Below are positions 18,028-27,419 of a stretch of 64,000 nucleotides of DNA, in pieces. The stretch spans positions 230,915-294,914 of IMG/VR virus record IMGVR_UViG_3300027621_000003; one strand, given 5' to 3'. The notes under the pieces were generated by a model. The model was not told the DNA's origin and ran no database searches. It saw only the letters and a program-made list of their open reading frames with translations. Position numbers and translations under genes: made by a program. Numbering within the stretch: the stretch's first letter is position 1; each line of letters begins with the position of its first letter.

Positions 18028-18650
18028 TATTGGTCCTCTTCTGAAGTTTGAGTTTTTTTCCTAGCAGCCAATACTTTAGCCCATTTTGTTTTAAACTTTT
18101 GAAAGTATCCTTTAAGTTTTGTAATAAAATTTAAAAACTCATCATCAACTCTACTCATAGTACCATTTATGTAAACACCATTGTTTTCACCAATAGAGTA
18201 GAAAAATTCTAAATCTTGGTCAATAACTTTACCAGACCATTCAACTGATGTTGGGTATACATTTAATGGGTAAAAATCAACCATTTCAGAAACTTCATTT
18301 ATAAACTCATCCATAGTTTCTTGGTAAGCTCTTTTTTCCTCAGTAGTAATTTCTAAATCACCTTTATTTTTACCATGCATTACTAACACACCACCTGATA
18401 CACGATAGGCTTGTTGTTTATCTTCTTTTGGGTTTGCAGACATTTCAAGTTCTTCTTCAGTATCAGCCGCTAAATTAGGTCTTGGACTACCTAAAGTATT
18501 ACTAGCACTTTCATAACCTTCAGAACCTTGTTCAGTAAGTAATCCACTTTTTTTCAAAGTATTTCTAACTTCATTTAATAAGGTGTCATCACCTCTCATT
18601 GCTCTTGATGATTCCAAGAGTTTTTTTATTTCATCATACGAGTTGCTCAT
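18027..18650 (-). CDS. Hypothetical late protein
   Basis: ORF track 18027..18677; likely start MSNSYDEIKKLLE; LLE/LNE/LTE motifs. Confidence 0.7.
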   Translation of the reverse strand: MSNSYDEIKKLLESSRAMRGDDTLLNEVRNTLKKSGLLTEQGSEGYESASNTLGSPRPNLAADTEEELEMSANPKEDKQQAYRVSGGVLVMHGKNKGDLEITTEEKRAYQETMDEFINEVSEMVDFYPLNVYPTSVEWSGKVIDQDLEFFYSIGENNGVYINGTMSRVDDEFLNFITKLKGYFQKFKTKWAKVLAARKKTQTSEEDQ

Positions 18651-19239
18651 TTTTAATATATGTTGTAAATTTTTCAAAATTAAATGCCGGACTTACATCG
18701 GTATATATTGTTTCAAAGTTACTTTTGGATACAATCCCACCTAACTTATCTACGTTATCTATCTTTGTATTATGACCAATACACTTTTTTTCTATTTTAT
18801 GTTCTGTTACTAATTTTATACAAAGTTCAGCCGCGGATTGCATTTGAATCTCTGTGTAAGGTTCCCATAAAAAGTAATCTCTCCATTTCTTTTCATAAGC
18901 ACTTCCTTTATAAATATTACCAATCCAGTTAGTGTAATAATCTTTTAACGGAACTTTTTCTAACCAACCAAGATTTTCAAAGGAAACTATAATTGAGTTT
19001 CTATTAAAATTAGGTTCAGTAAAATAATTTGAGTAGGCTTCATCAGAAAGAGTTTGAATTATCTTTCCATCTTTAGTCACAATATAATGTGGAACTCGTT
19101 TAAACTTACCGTTCATTCTATACTTAAGGGACGTTAAGTATTCCTCAACGTCCCTTCCAGTATTTGTCAAAATAATTTGTTTTTTCTTTTTCTGTTTACC
19201 AGAAATATTTGGTGAAAGTCTTTCAACCGTATTAACCAT
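18634..19239 (-). CDS. N-acetylmuramoyl-L-alanine amidase (Amidase_2) family protein
   Basis: PHYIVTKDGKIIQ, SIIVSFEN, YTEIQMQS, IGHN, TDVSPAF motifs; first Zn-His position reads IILTNT. Confidence 0.75.
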   Translation of the reverse strand: MVNTVERLSPNISGKQKKKKQIILTNTGRDVEEYLTSLKYRMNGKFKRVPHYIVTKDGKIIQTLSDEAYSNYFTEPNFNRNSIIVSFENLGWLEKVPLKDYYTNWIGNIYKGSAYEKKWRDYFLWEPYTEIQMQSAAELCIKLVTEHKIEKKCIGHNTKIDNVDKLGGIVSKSNFETIYTDVSPAFNFEKFTTYIKNEQLV

Positions 19240-19981
19240 TTTTTGTATAAATTAACCTTTTAATCTGTCCTTGAGTTCCTTCTTCGGTCACAACTTCTTC
19301 GTCATCAACAAAATACTTTGTAGTTTCGGTTGTTTCAATAAGTTCTTCAATTTTAGATTTTTCCTCAAGATTTTTTAATGCTTCTTCTAAACGCACCAAA
19401 TCTTCAGGTGTTGGGTTTATTTTTTCTTCAACTTGTTCAGCTTCCATCATACCAGCTTTTTTACTCAACTCAATAAGTTCTTCATCTGTCAACACTACCT
19501 TATCTTCGTTGGTTTGAATCTTTGAAGAGTATACTATTAACATATGTGCAAATGTTAAAGAAATAAAGGGTATTAGGCCACCTGTTAAAAATGCTAATAT
19601 TCTTCTATGAGAAACAATGTCAGTAGGTTCAACACCTAAAGGTTCTAATAAACTTGAAATCATATCAATCCAGTTTTTAAAATCAGTACTATTAGGTACA
19701 ATATGTGAGTAAGAATAAAAGAAATTACCAACAAATTGAATTAATGTTACGATTCCAAATGGGATGTAAATAAATTTACCAAATTTAGCCGAAATACCAG
19801 CCAATGCTGCAAGTGCTGCAATCTCTACAGCAACTGATAAATAAATCGCCCAACTCAACGGGTTTGCCATTGAATAAAAGGTTGTTACGTGTGAAATAGA
19901 CACAAACGCAACTAATAGAATTGGAATTAAAAAACTTCCAACAATAATATTATTTAAATTTGATTGTAACCACTTTTTCAT
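19232..19981 (-). CDS. Multi-pass membrane protein
   Basis: About four hydrophobic helices in the N-terminal 155 aa, acidic C-terminal tail. Confidence 0.7.
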   Translation of the reverse strand: MKKWLQSNLNNIIVGSFLIPILLVAFVSISHVTTFYSMANPLSWAIYLSVAVEIAALAALAGISAKFGKFIYIPFGIVTLIQFVGNFFYSYSHIVPNSTDFKNWIDMISSLLEPLGVEPTDIVSHRRILAFLTGGLIPFISLTFAHMLIVYSSKIQTNEDKVVLTDEELIELSKKAGMMEAEQVEEKINPTPEDLVRLEEALKNLEEKSKIEELIETTETTKYFVDDEEVVTEEGTQGQIKRLIYTKNG

Positions 19982-19982
19982 T

Positions 19983-20264
19983 TCACTTGTTTAATTTTTC
20001 AATCTCTTTATCAATTTCAGTTTGTCTTTGGACATCCAACATTTTTCTGTCGGTAGCCTGAATCATTCTTTTTTCTGATTTCAAACCTTCAATTTGTAAA
20101 TCTTTTTTAGTTGGTAGGTTATTTAAAACCTGTCTTTGAGATTCAACTTCTTTTCTCAATTTAGTTACTTCTGAGTTAGTACCACATCCTTTTAATAATA
20201 ATAAAAGGAACAAAACAACCAAGATTTGTTGTTGGTATTTTTTTAATGTTTCTAAAAATTTCAT
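19983..20264 (-). CDS. Possible lipoprotein with coiled coil
   Basis: ILVVLFLLLLLKG-C lipobox-like signal; TATTTATT at 20289-20296. Confidence 0.5.
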   Translation of the reverse strand: MKFLETLKKYQQQILVVLFLLLLLKGCGTNSEVTKLRKEVESQRQVLNNLPTKKDLQIEGLKSEKRMIQATDRKMLDVQRQTEIDKEIEKLNK

Positions 20265-20300
20265 AGTTTTTTTATTTTATAATTTAATAATAAATATCAA

Positions 20301-21101
20301 TTACATGTATTCAAATAACTCAGCACTCTCATTTCTTAATTTACGTAGTGCTTTTTCTTTGATTTGACGTACTCTTTCTTTGGTCAAGTTGAAGTCATTA
20401 CCTATATCTTCAAGGGTTCTTGTCTGACCTGAGATACCAAAATAATCTTCTACGATTGCTCTCTCACGCTCATCCAAGATTCTCATGATACCAGTCAACT
20501 TTTCCTTCAGGACATCTTTAGAGTTGAATACTTCGTCAGGCATTGATGTGTTTTGGTCAGCAATCATATCCAACAATGTATCACCTTCATCGTTGATTTG
20601 TTTTTCAAGGTTAACAATAGATGGTAGTGATGTAAACTTATCTGATAGTTCACCACCATTACGGTCAATCAGTTTCTTCTCCTTGAATAGTTCTTGTACA
20701 ACATTTACTGGTAGACGGATAGTACGAGCATGTTCGTTAAGAGACTGTAAGATAGATTGACGAATCCACCACACGGCATATGATATGAAACGAAGTTTTT
20801 TGGTCCAATCAAAGTTTTTGATTGCCTTCAAAAGACCAACGTTACCCTCAGCTACCAAGTCAGACAATTCAAGTCCTTGGTTTTGATATTGTTTGGCTAC
20901 GGTAATAACAAATCGTAGGTTACCTTCCAACAACTCCTTATATATTCGTTCACGCTCTCTTTCGGTTAAATCATTGCCGCAGATACGTTCAGACAATAAA
21001 CGTTCACGCTCAACGGTCATAACCTTGAGTTTACGGATGTCTTTTAAATAGCTTGAAATTTCGTCTTGGTTGATAGGAATCTGTAGGTTTTTATCTTTCA
21101 T
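20301..21101 (-). CDS. rpoD: RNA polymerase sigma-70 factor, Bacteroidota RpoD-like
   Basis: Regions 1.2-4: NLRFVITVAKQYQNQG, SYAVWWIRQSILQ, RTIRLPVN, TLEDIG..FNLTKERVRQIKEKALRKLR; no region 1.1. Confidence 0.95.
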   Translation of the reverse strand: MKDKNLQIPINQDEISSYLKDIRKLKVMTVERERLLSERICGNDLTERERERIYKELLEGNLRFVITVAKQYQNQGLELSDLVAEGNVGLLKAIKNFDWTKKLRFISYAVWWIRQSILQSLNEHARTIRLPVNVVQELFKEKKLIDRNGGELSDKFTSLPSIVNLEKQINDEGDTLLDMIADQNTSMPDEVFNSKDVLKEKLTGIMRILDERERAIVEDYFGISGQTRTLEDIGNDFNLTKERVRQIKEKALRKLRNESAELFEYM

Positions 21102-21106
21102 AGTTC

Positions 21107-21622
21107 TTAGTTGTAGTTGTTAAGTATTGCTTTTTCTTGAATGGTCAACGAAGATACGCCTTTTTGGTGGATTTTTTCTAATATGTCATCCAAAGATGGT
21201 TCTTCTTCTTTAATCAAATACTTTTCTTTCAATAGTTGTACCAAATCATCGTCAATATCATCATCCTCGTCATCACCATAGTCAAATTCAAAATTAAATT
21301 CAATTCCACCTGTATTATCAATATTTTTTTCCAAAACACTTAAGTCAAATAAATGTTTAGCATCAACATCATCAAAATTTAATGACATTTTGTCAGGGAA
21401 TTCCTGTAAAATATAAAAAAAGTTATATTCTTTACATAATTCAGCCATAAAAAGTTTTAATTCATCATATGGTACATCCGTATCAAAGTGGAGTACCATA
21501 GAGTTCATAATGAAAAGATATTTTAAATGTCCGTTCTGTATTGGTGTTAATGCTGACGCAAAATTTTCAAGTTCTTCCTTTGAATCAACGTCAACACCCA
21601 TTAAAAAAGTTATATATCTCAT
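21107..21622 (-). CDS. Hypothetical protein with C-terminal DUF6576-like helix pair
   Basis: C-terminal LDDILEKIHQKGVSSLTIQEKAIL resembles the motif ending Bacteroidota rhomboid proteases; track TTG start lies in the promoter. Confidence 0.55.
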   Translation of the reverse strand: MRYITFLMGVDVDSKEELENFASALTPIQNGHLKYLFIMNSMVLHFDTDVPYDELKLFMAELCKEYNFFYILQEFPDKMSLNFDDVDAKHLFDLSVLEKNIDNTGGIEFNFEFDYGDDEDDDIDDDLVQLLKEKYLIKEEEPSLDDILEKIHQKGVSSLTIQEKAILNNYN

Positions 21623-21640
21623 ATGTGTAGGATTATTATT

Positions 21641-21659
21641 CAAAGATACGATATTTATT
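21641..21659. promoter_or_regulatory. Back-to-back promoters: TATCTTTG (minus, 21641-21648) and TATTTATT (plus, 21652-21659)
   Basis: Both motif classes sit at one divergent junction, each pointing at its own gene class. Confidence 0.6.
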
Positions 21660-21676
21660 TAAAAAACCAAACTCAC

Positions 21677-21958
21677 ATGTCAAATATAGTTCGTTTAACA
21701 GAATCACAATTAAAAGACTTAATTAAGTCTATTGTCACTGAAGCCAAGAAAGATGATAACTTCATCCAAAAAGCTGTAGCTAAATCAGAAAAAAAAGGAA
21801 CCAAAGGTAAATTTGGTGAATGGTGTAAAGACAATGGCTTCGGTGAAGAAGTATCAATCAGATGTATTAACAAGGCTATGAAATCAGAAGATAGTGGTGT
21901 TGTTAAAATGGCCAACTTTGCAAAAAATATTGGCGGTTATAAAGGTGCTAAACATTAA
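21677..21958 (+). CDS. Small late protein with N-terminal 'VRLTESQLKDLIKSIVTE' tag
   Basis: ORF track 21623..21958; start moved to MSNIV after TATTTATT. Confidence 0.7.
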   Translation: MSNIVRLTESQLKDLIKSIVTEAKKDDNFIQKAVAKSEKKGTKGKFGEWCKDNGFGEEVSIRCINKAMKSEDSGVVKMANFAKNIGGYKGAKH

Positions 21959-21961
21959 TTT

Positions 21962-22252
21962 ATGAAAAAAGTAATCCTATCAGAAGGTGACCTGAAAAAT
22001 CTAATCAGTAAGTCACTAAAAAAAACCTTATTAGAATCGGACTTTTCCGTTGAACCTAATGTTCCTGAAACAAGAAGAGAAACAGGTTTAAAAAATGTAT
22101 TTGGAAGTTATTCCTCTGAAATACCAAATGATGTACTTAGATACATGAGAAAAAACCCAAGACTTATTATCAAAAGACTTATGGAACTTTACGGTGAAAA
22201 ATTTTTTGATTATGTCGGAGAAGTATCAAGTGAAGTAAGAAATAAAGAATAA
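21962..22252 (+). CDS. Small late protein with N-terminal 'VILSEGDLKNLI..TLLE' tag
   Basis: 96-aa ORF sharing the tag with the preceding gene. Confidence 0.7.
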   Translation: MKKVILSEGDLKNLISKSLKKTLLESDFSVEPNVPETRRETGLKNVFGSYSSEIPNDVLRYMRKNPRLIIKRLMELYGEKFFDYVGEVSSEVRNKE

Positions 22253-22253
22253 T

Positions 22254-22287
22254 AAAAAACCCCCAACATAAGAAGGGGGTTTTTTTT
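22254..22287. terminator. Bidirectional intrinsic terminator
   Basis: AAAAAACCCCC-aacataagaa-GGGGGTTTTTTTT between convergent genes. Confidence 0.8.
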
Positions 22288-24619
22288 ATTGTGACACTTT
22301 AGAGATGTTGTCTTCTTTTTTAATCTTAACAATATTGTCAGACCAGTTAGATACCAACGGGTTGTGAGTAATAACGAATATCTTTTCAAAATATTCTTTA
22401 ATTTTCGTAAAGAACTCCCCAACCATTTCAAGGTTATCATTTGATATCTTACCAAACACTTCATCGAACACAATAATATTTGGTTTTGGTAATGAACAAA
22501 TCTTAGACAACACGGCTCTTAAGGCCAATGATGCAATTGTTTTTTCATAACCTGACCCTGATACCATCAGTTTTTCAATGCCGGTAGAGTTATCAATCAT
22601 CACAAATTCCACTTCATTTTTATCAGAGATACGAACTTCTAATTTGAAGTAGGCGCTGTCCTGAAGTAATCTTTGTAATTCAGAGTTGATTAAAGGCATC
22701 ATTGTCTTCATAATCATCTTAGTAATACCGTTCTTTCCAAATACTTCCAAGTAAATCTTATACAGACGTTCACGTTCAAATTCTTGTGCAATTTTTAAGA
22801 TTGTTTCATTATTCTTTTCAATCTTCTTATTCAATGTTTCAATTTGAGCGATGTTACCACCTTTTTCTCTTTCCAACTTTGATTGTTCACCAGTCAATTC
22901 ATTCAATCGTAAGGTTGCTCTTGTAAGAGTTTCTTCAATCTTTTTATTCTCTTCAATTTTGGTTTGTTGTTGAAAATATCTTTCTTGAATACTCTTTTGT
23001 TGTTCAATCTTAATATTAAATGATTCTATGGCAACTTCAATCTTTTCTTTGATGAGTTTGTTTCTCTCATATTCATCAAAGTCTTTCTTTAATTGTACGA
23101 ACCCTTTTTCTTTTTCTGTTAACTCGGCAAGTTCTTTACCAAGTTCAGAACTCTTGGTTCTTAATCCATCAAGTTCGGCAAGTTTTGATGCCGTGATGGC
23201 TGCGTTCATCAAATCAATACCACAGTGTTCACATTTAATACCCCCCGATACTGTTTGTGATAATTTAACCAACTCAGATACATTGTGGTCAACACTTACC
23301 TTTGCTCGGTAAACTCTGTTAACCTCATCTTTAATTGCATCATGTTTGTCCTCGTGGTAGAATTGACTTGGTTCAACAACTTTGATTCCTTTTAACAAAA
23401 CAACCTGTTCTTGTTTTTTGGTTTCAAGTTGTAGAACAGCCAAGTTCAAATCTTGTGGATTAAGAATTGCCAGTTCTTGGTCAATGTCCGCATGTCTTTT
23501 TGCAATCAAACTATCACGGTATTCAACCCCCTTTTGAAGTTTTTCATTTACCGTCATTATCTCACCTTCAATAAGAATGTTCCTGATATTGATGGTTGTG
23601 ATTTGGTCCGTTGTGTTTTGATTGTCTTGATTCAACTGTTCTGTTGAATACACATTTGACATCATTGTCTTTGAGAATTGTGAGAACAATTCTTTGCCAT
23701 TCTCTTCCTTCTTCTTCAAGAATTCAAGACCCAAGAAACGAGTTAGAACCTGACCACGAGCAGTGGGTTTGGATTCCAACAAGTCTTCCAAGTTTGCTGA
23801 TGTTGTAAGAATTGTCATCAAGAAATCTTCTTGCTCACCGATGGATGTCTTAATAAACTTTTCAGTTTCCCTTCTCTGTTCACCAGTGAAATTCTGAAGT
23901 TGTCCATCAGCAAGTTTCTTGAAGAAGTCCAATTCGGTTTTAACATTCCATTCACCCGCTTTGGATAACTTCCTTTCAACGTTTCTTACAATTAGGTAAT
24001 CTTCACCATCAATGTTGATTTCACCCCTTACAGACACTTTGTTCTTGTCCGTAAATCGGTTGAAGATTTCCTCAGCCTTTGTTGTCTTGGTTGTGGTATT
24101 AAAAAACAAGAACATAAGTAGGTCAACAGTCAACACCGTCTTTCCCCCAAAATTCGGTGGGTCTGACTCTACCACCGTGATACCATCACACTTGGTGAAA
24201 TCTAAAACTTGGTTCTCACCGTAAGATAAAAAGTTACTAAACTCAATCTTCTTGATGAACCACTTTTTAAATGCTGTTACTTCTTCAGCCTCAGAAGCAA
24301 TCTTGCTCTCCACCATGTTGTCAATGTTCAAAACACTTTCGGTGTAATGTTCATAGTTCTTTGATTTCAAGTACGATTTAATTAACTCAGATTGGTAGTT
24401 CTTGTCCATGATGTTAAAGGATACATCAATGGTTTGTTGTGTATCATCATCAACACTCTTAACTCTCGTTAGGACGTTCACATTGGTGGTGGCATACTTC
24501 TTTTGGAAATACGCCTTGACACTCTTAATCCTTTCTTGTGTGAAATTCTCGGGGGTGTCTTCCCATACTACCTGTACATAAGGGTTGTCTAAAACCCCTA
24601 ATTCAATCTCTTTGCTCAT
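22286..24619 (-). CDS. sbcC: Rad50/SbcC/gp46-like SMC ATPase
   Basis: FSNFLSYG, Walker A-like NFGGKT, coiled coils, CEHC zinc hook, signature SGSGYEK, Walker B IVFDEVFG; likely start MSKEIEL. Confidence 0.92.
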   Translation of the reverse strand: MSKEIELGVLDNPYVQVVWEDTPENFTQERIKSVKAYFQKKYATTNVNVLTRVKSVDDDTQQTIDVSFNIMDKNYQSELIKSYLKSKNYEHYTESVLNIDNMVESKIASEAEEVTAFKKWFIKKIEFSNFLSYGENQVLDFTKCDGITVVESDPPNFGGKTVLTVDLLMFLFFNTTTKTTKAEEIFNRFTDKNKVSVRGEINIDGEDYLIVRNVERKLSKAGEWNVKTELDFFKKLADGQLQNFTGEQRRETEKFIKTSIGEQEDFLMTILTTSANLEDLLESKPTARGQVLTRFLGLEFLKKKEENGKELFSQFSKTMMSNVYSTEQLNQDNQNTTDQITTINIRNILIEGEIMTVNEKLQKGVEYRDSLIAKRHADIDQELAILNPQDLNLAVLQLETKKQEQVVLLKGIKVVEPSQFYHEDKHDAIKDEVNRVYRAKVSVDHNVSELVKLSQTVSGGIKCEHCGIDLMNAAITASKLAELDGLRTKSSELGKELAELTEKEKGFVQLKKDFDEYERNKLIKEKIEVAIESFNIKIEQQKSIQERYFQQQTKIEENKKIEETLTRATLRLNELTGEQSKLEREKGGNIAQIETLNKKIEKNNETILKIAQEFERERLYKIYLEVFGKNGITKMIMKTMMPLINSELQRLLQDSAYFKLEVRISDKNEVEFVMIDNSTGIEKLMVSGSGYEKTIASLALRAVLSKICSLPKPNIIVFDEVFGKISNDNLEMVGEFFTKIKEYFEKIFVITHNPLVSNWSDNIVKIKKEDNISKVSQ

Positions 24620-24653
24620 AGTATAATTAAATGTTAAAGGTGGATTAAATAAA

Positions 24654-24851
24654 TCAATCCTGTCCTTCTTGAATGGTGGTTTCGTCAGTCTCCGTTTCGC
24701 CACTTGTTTTTTCTTTATGTTCGGCAACTAATTGCTCAATTTGTTTTTTCATAACCTCTTGGTACATCTTCTGATACATCTTCTCAGCACCCTTCAGTTG
24801 GTTGTTTCTTGCTTGTACACGTTTTCTGTGGTCTTTGTCTCTTTTACCCAT
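24654..24851 (-). CDS. Small hypothetical protein
   Basis: 65 aa, basic N-terminus and acidic C-terminus. Confidence 0.6.
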   Translation of the reverse strand: MGKRDKDHRKRVQARNNQLKGAEKMYQKMYQEVMKKQIEQLVAEHKEKTSGETETDETTIQEGQD

Positions 24852-25044
24852 TTTCTTTTTTTGTTGTTTGTTTGTAATCTAAATAAAATCCTATTGCTAC
24901 GACTATGTTCATTCCCATACTCATCATTATCTCATGGATGTCATCATAAACAGTCATCATCAGATGAACATGTCCTACCATCCAAAAAGGTATGGATAAA
25001 TTTTGACTAATCCAAATTAATAGGAAAATAAAAAATCGTTTCAC
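24844..25044 (-). CDS. Small membrane protein
   Basis: 66 aa with two hydrophobic segments. Confidence 0.6.
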   Translation of the reverse strand: MKRFFIFLLIWISQNLSIPFWMVGHVHLMMTVYDDIHEIMMSMGMNIVVAIGFYLDYKQTTKKENG

Positions 25045-25386
25045 TTAGTTGGTGTGTCTATTACCTTCCCAGTATTCCACCAACGCATTGATTCCCCAAA
25101 CTGCACCTGACGCTAAACATCCGTCAAAGAACCAAGAAAAGTAGGGGTTAAAGTTCATTAACTCCATTGCTGGTGAATAAAATGTTAAAGATAAGAAGAA
25201 TCCTACCCATGTTGATGTACACATCATACACTGAACCAAGTCAGCGAAAAACTTCGCAACTGGTTGATGTAGACCTGGCACAAGTGACATATCATACAAT
25301 GCTTGACGGGGTGCTCTAAAGATTGACCCCCAAACCAAAATGTTGCTCATTCCATAAGCAATCAAAATCCAAATTAGTAGTTCCAT
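25045..25386 (-). CDS. DUF1360-like membrane protein
   Basis: TM helices flanking 'LVQCMMCTSTWVG', resembling the CxxC-x-x-x-W of DUF1360. Confidence 0.6.
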   Translation of the reverse strand: MELLIWILIAYGMSNILVWGSIFRAPRQALYDMSLVPGLHQPVAKFFADLVQCMMCTSTWVGFFLSLTFYSPAMELMNFNPYFSWFFDGCLASGAVWGINALVEYWEGNRHTN

Positions 25387-25387
25387 A

Positions 25388-26182
25388 TTATTTTCTATTA
25401 TTTATTGTTCTGTTTAAATTTGACCCGTCCAAGAAAATACCTTGTCTTCCGTTTGATGATTGAATTTCGGTAATTGTATTTTTCAGGTCGTTTATTTCTT
25501 TATTCTTCAATTGTAATTCTGTTCTAATCTTTTGTATAGTTTCCTCTAAGGCTTTTTGTTTTGAATTGTCAGTAGTTGTTTTTTCAACAACAACTTCTTT
25601 GATAATTTCAATTCTTTCAGGTTCACGACTTTCCAACTCTTTTATTCTATCTTGGAAAATATTTTCATTTTTTTGGGTTTTAGTGGAAAATATTACTAGT
25701 TCACCATTACATTCTTGTAGTTTAGTGGAAAATTCTTGTTTTTCATTCTCCAACTGTACGATTTTTCCGTACAGTTCATTCTCACTTGTTTTGTCACTAA
25801 TGTATTCTATTTTTGTTACAACTTTTTCTACAGGAACCTCTTTGATAACCTCTTTAATCACCACTTTATCAACAGGTATTTCTTTAATAACTTCAACAAT
25901 TTTTTCAACTGGTACCTCAACATACTCAACTTTGATAACCTCTTTGATGACTTCAACAGGAATTTCCACCCGTTTTTCTCGGATTACCTCAATTTCCACC
26001 CGTTTTTCTTGAATCCCACCCATTTTTCCCAAAAGTCCGAATTTTTCCACCTCATATCCTTTCCAAGCACAAGCGTGCAAAAAAGTAGGGATATCCTCAA
26101 TTTTGTTTAATTTACAAAACTGTTGGATATCCTTAATTTCTTTTTGTGTAAGGTTAATAGTTGAGAAGTTTTTCGGTTCCAT
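25388..26182 (-). CDS. Protein with alveolin/articulin-like V/E/K/P repeats and C-terminal coiled coil
   Basis: EKRVEIPVEVIKEVIKVEYVEVPVEKIVEVIKEIPVDKVVIKEVIKEVPVEKVV. Confidence 0.6.
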   Translation of the reverse strand: MEPKNFSTINLTQKEIKDIQQFCKLNKIEDIPTFLHACAWKGYEVEKFGLLGKMGGIQEKRVEIEVIREKRVEIPVEVIKEVIKVEYVEVPVEKIVEVIKEIPVDKVVIKEVIKEVPVEKVVTKIEYISDKTSENELYGKIVQLENEKQEFSTKLQECNGELVIFSTKTQKNENIFQDRIKELESREPERIEIIKEVVVEKTTTDNSKQKALEETIQKIRTELQLKNKEINDLKNTITEIQSSNGRQGIFLDGSNLNRTINNRK

Positions 26183-26942
26183 TTACCAAGTCATCTATTG
26201 ATGTGATTTTAAAAGATAAGAAAGGTTTTGAATTTTCCAAATCCACGAATTCATATTTGTCTTCTTCAACGTCATAAATACCAAATCCGTGTTTTCTAAC
26301 AGTTTCACCAAAGTTTTGTTGGATGGTAGAACCTACCATGTACGCCTTTTTCTCATTCGGGATTGCAAATACTTGGCGCTTATGGATGTCACCACATAGA
26401 ACCAAATCACAACCGGCAAAGCGAGATGAATCAAAACCATCCTCAAACTTATACCCAATATCCGTAGATAGACCAACCACGGGGCCATGGAAGAGTCCGA
26501 TTTTAGTTCCTTTGCTCTCAGTGATATCTGGTGGGACGTTATGGTCCATGAGGGAGAATACCACCCATTCAATATTTTCATCTTGATAGCACCCGCGATT
26601 TTTGTAATATACGATGTTTTCATTTTTAAGTGATTCTATAATTGGTGTTAACGCATCCAATCTTGACATATTGTTTTCCAAAAAGTCGTGGTTACCAATG
26701 ATTACAATTGTCTTGGCAATTTTTGAACATTCACTTAATACCCAAGCAACAAACTCAATGAGTTCAGGTGTCATTTGGTTTTTTGAATGAACAAGGTCAC
26801 CAGTAAATACAATTCGGTCTGGGTTCAACTCCTTGAATTTAAACAACATATCAGTTAAGACTCCGCGATATAAATCGTGGTCTTTAAACAACCTAATATG
26901 TAGGTCAGAAAAATGGACTAGTTTTTTTATCATTTTATTCAA
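26154..26942 (-). CDS. sbcD: Mre11/SbcD/gp47-like metallophosphoesterase nuclease
   Basis: SDLH, TGDLVH, GNHD, FHG, GDIHKRQ motifs; 'GSTIQQNFGE'. Confidence 0.9.
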   Translation of the reverse strand: MNKMIKKLVHFSDLHIRLFKDHDLYRGVLTDMLFKFKELNPDRIVFTGDLVHSKNQMTPELIEFVAWVLSECSKIAKTIVIIGNHDFLENNMSRLDALTPIIESLKNENIVYYKNRGCYQDENIEWVVFSLMDHNVPPDITESKGTKIGLFHGPVVGLSTDIGYKFEDGFDSSRFAGCDLVLCGDIHKRQVFAIPNEKKAYMVGSTIQQNFGETVRKHGFGIYDVEEDKYEFVDLENSKPFLSFKITSIDDLVNGTEKLLNY

Positions 26943-27150
26943 AAATCTTAAACTCCTCGTTTACGTGTCCACAACCATCACACATATAAGTTGGGAATGG
27001 TACAATCGTATCTTGTCCTGAACCTGTTAATAGTTTTGAAACTTTTTTAATCATAGTTACTTCACGAAAGTATACACCTTCGCACTTCTCACAAACAACA
27101 GATGGTTGTTCTTTGAGGTCAATATTTACTTTTGGTTTACTTAAATCCAT
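26935..27150 (-). CDS. Small zinc-ribbon protein
   Basis: CEKC...CDGCG, 71 aa. Confidence 0.7.
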   Translation of the reverse strand: MDLSKPKVNIDLKEQPSVVCEKCEGVYFREVTMIKKVSKLLTGSGQDTIVPFPTYMCDGCGHVNEEFKIFE

Positions 27151-27166
27151 AATTTAAAATATAATA

Positions 27167-27406
27167 TTATTTTTTGGAATTTCTTCCTTTATCTGCAATT
27201 TTTTTAATAATTTCTGCCGCTTCAATCATTTCATCTGTTGGTTCTTCATCCTGATGTCCAAACAAATCTAATCTTTCATACACTCTTTGTAATTGTAATT
27301 CGGTTGGTGAACCCCAAAAACTTTCATCGGTGACAAACATATCACCATACAACACTGTAGCAATTTCAAATAAATGGTCTCTTTCTTCTAATAGTTCATC
27401 AATCAT
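27167..27406 (-). CDS. Hypothetical acidic protein
   Basis: 79-aa ORF; TATCTTCG (variant -7 element) just upstream. Confidence 0.6.
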   Translation of the reverse strand: MIDELLEERDHLFEIATVLYGDMFVTDESFWGSPTELQLQRVYERLDLFGHQDEEPTDEMIEAAEIIKKIADKGRNSKK

Positions 27407-27419
27407 AATACGAAGATAG

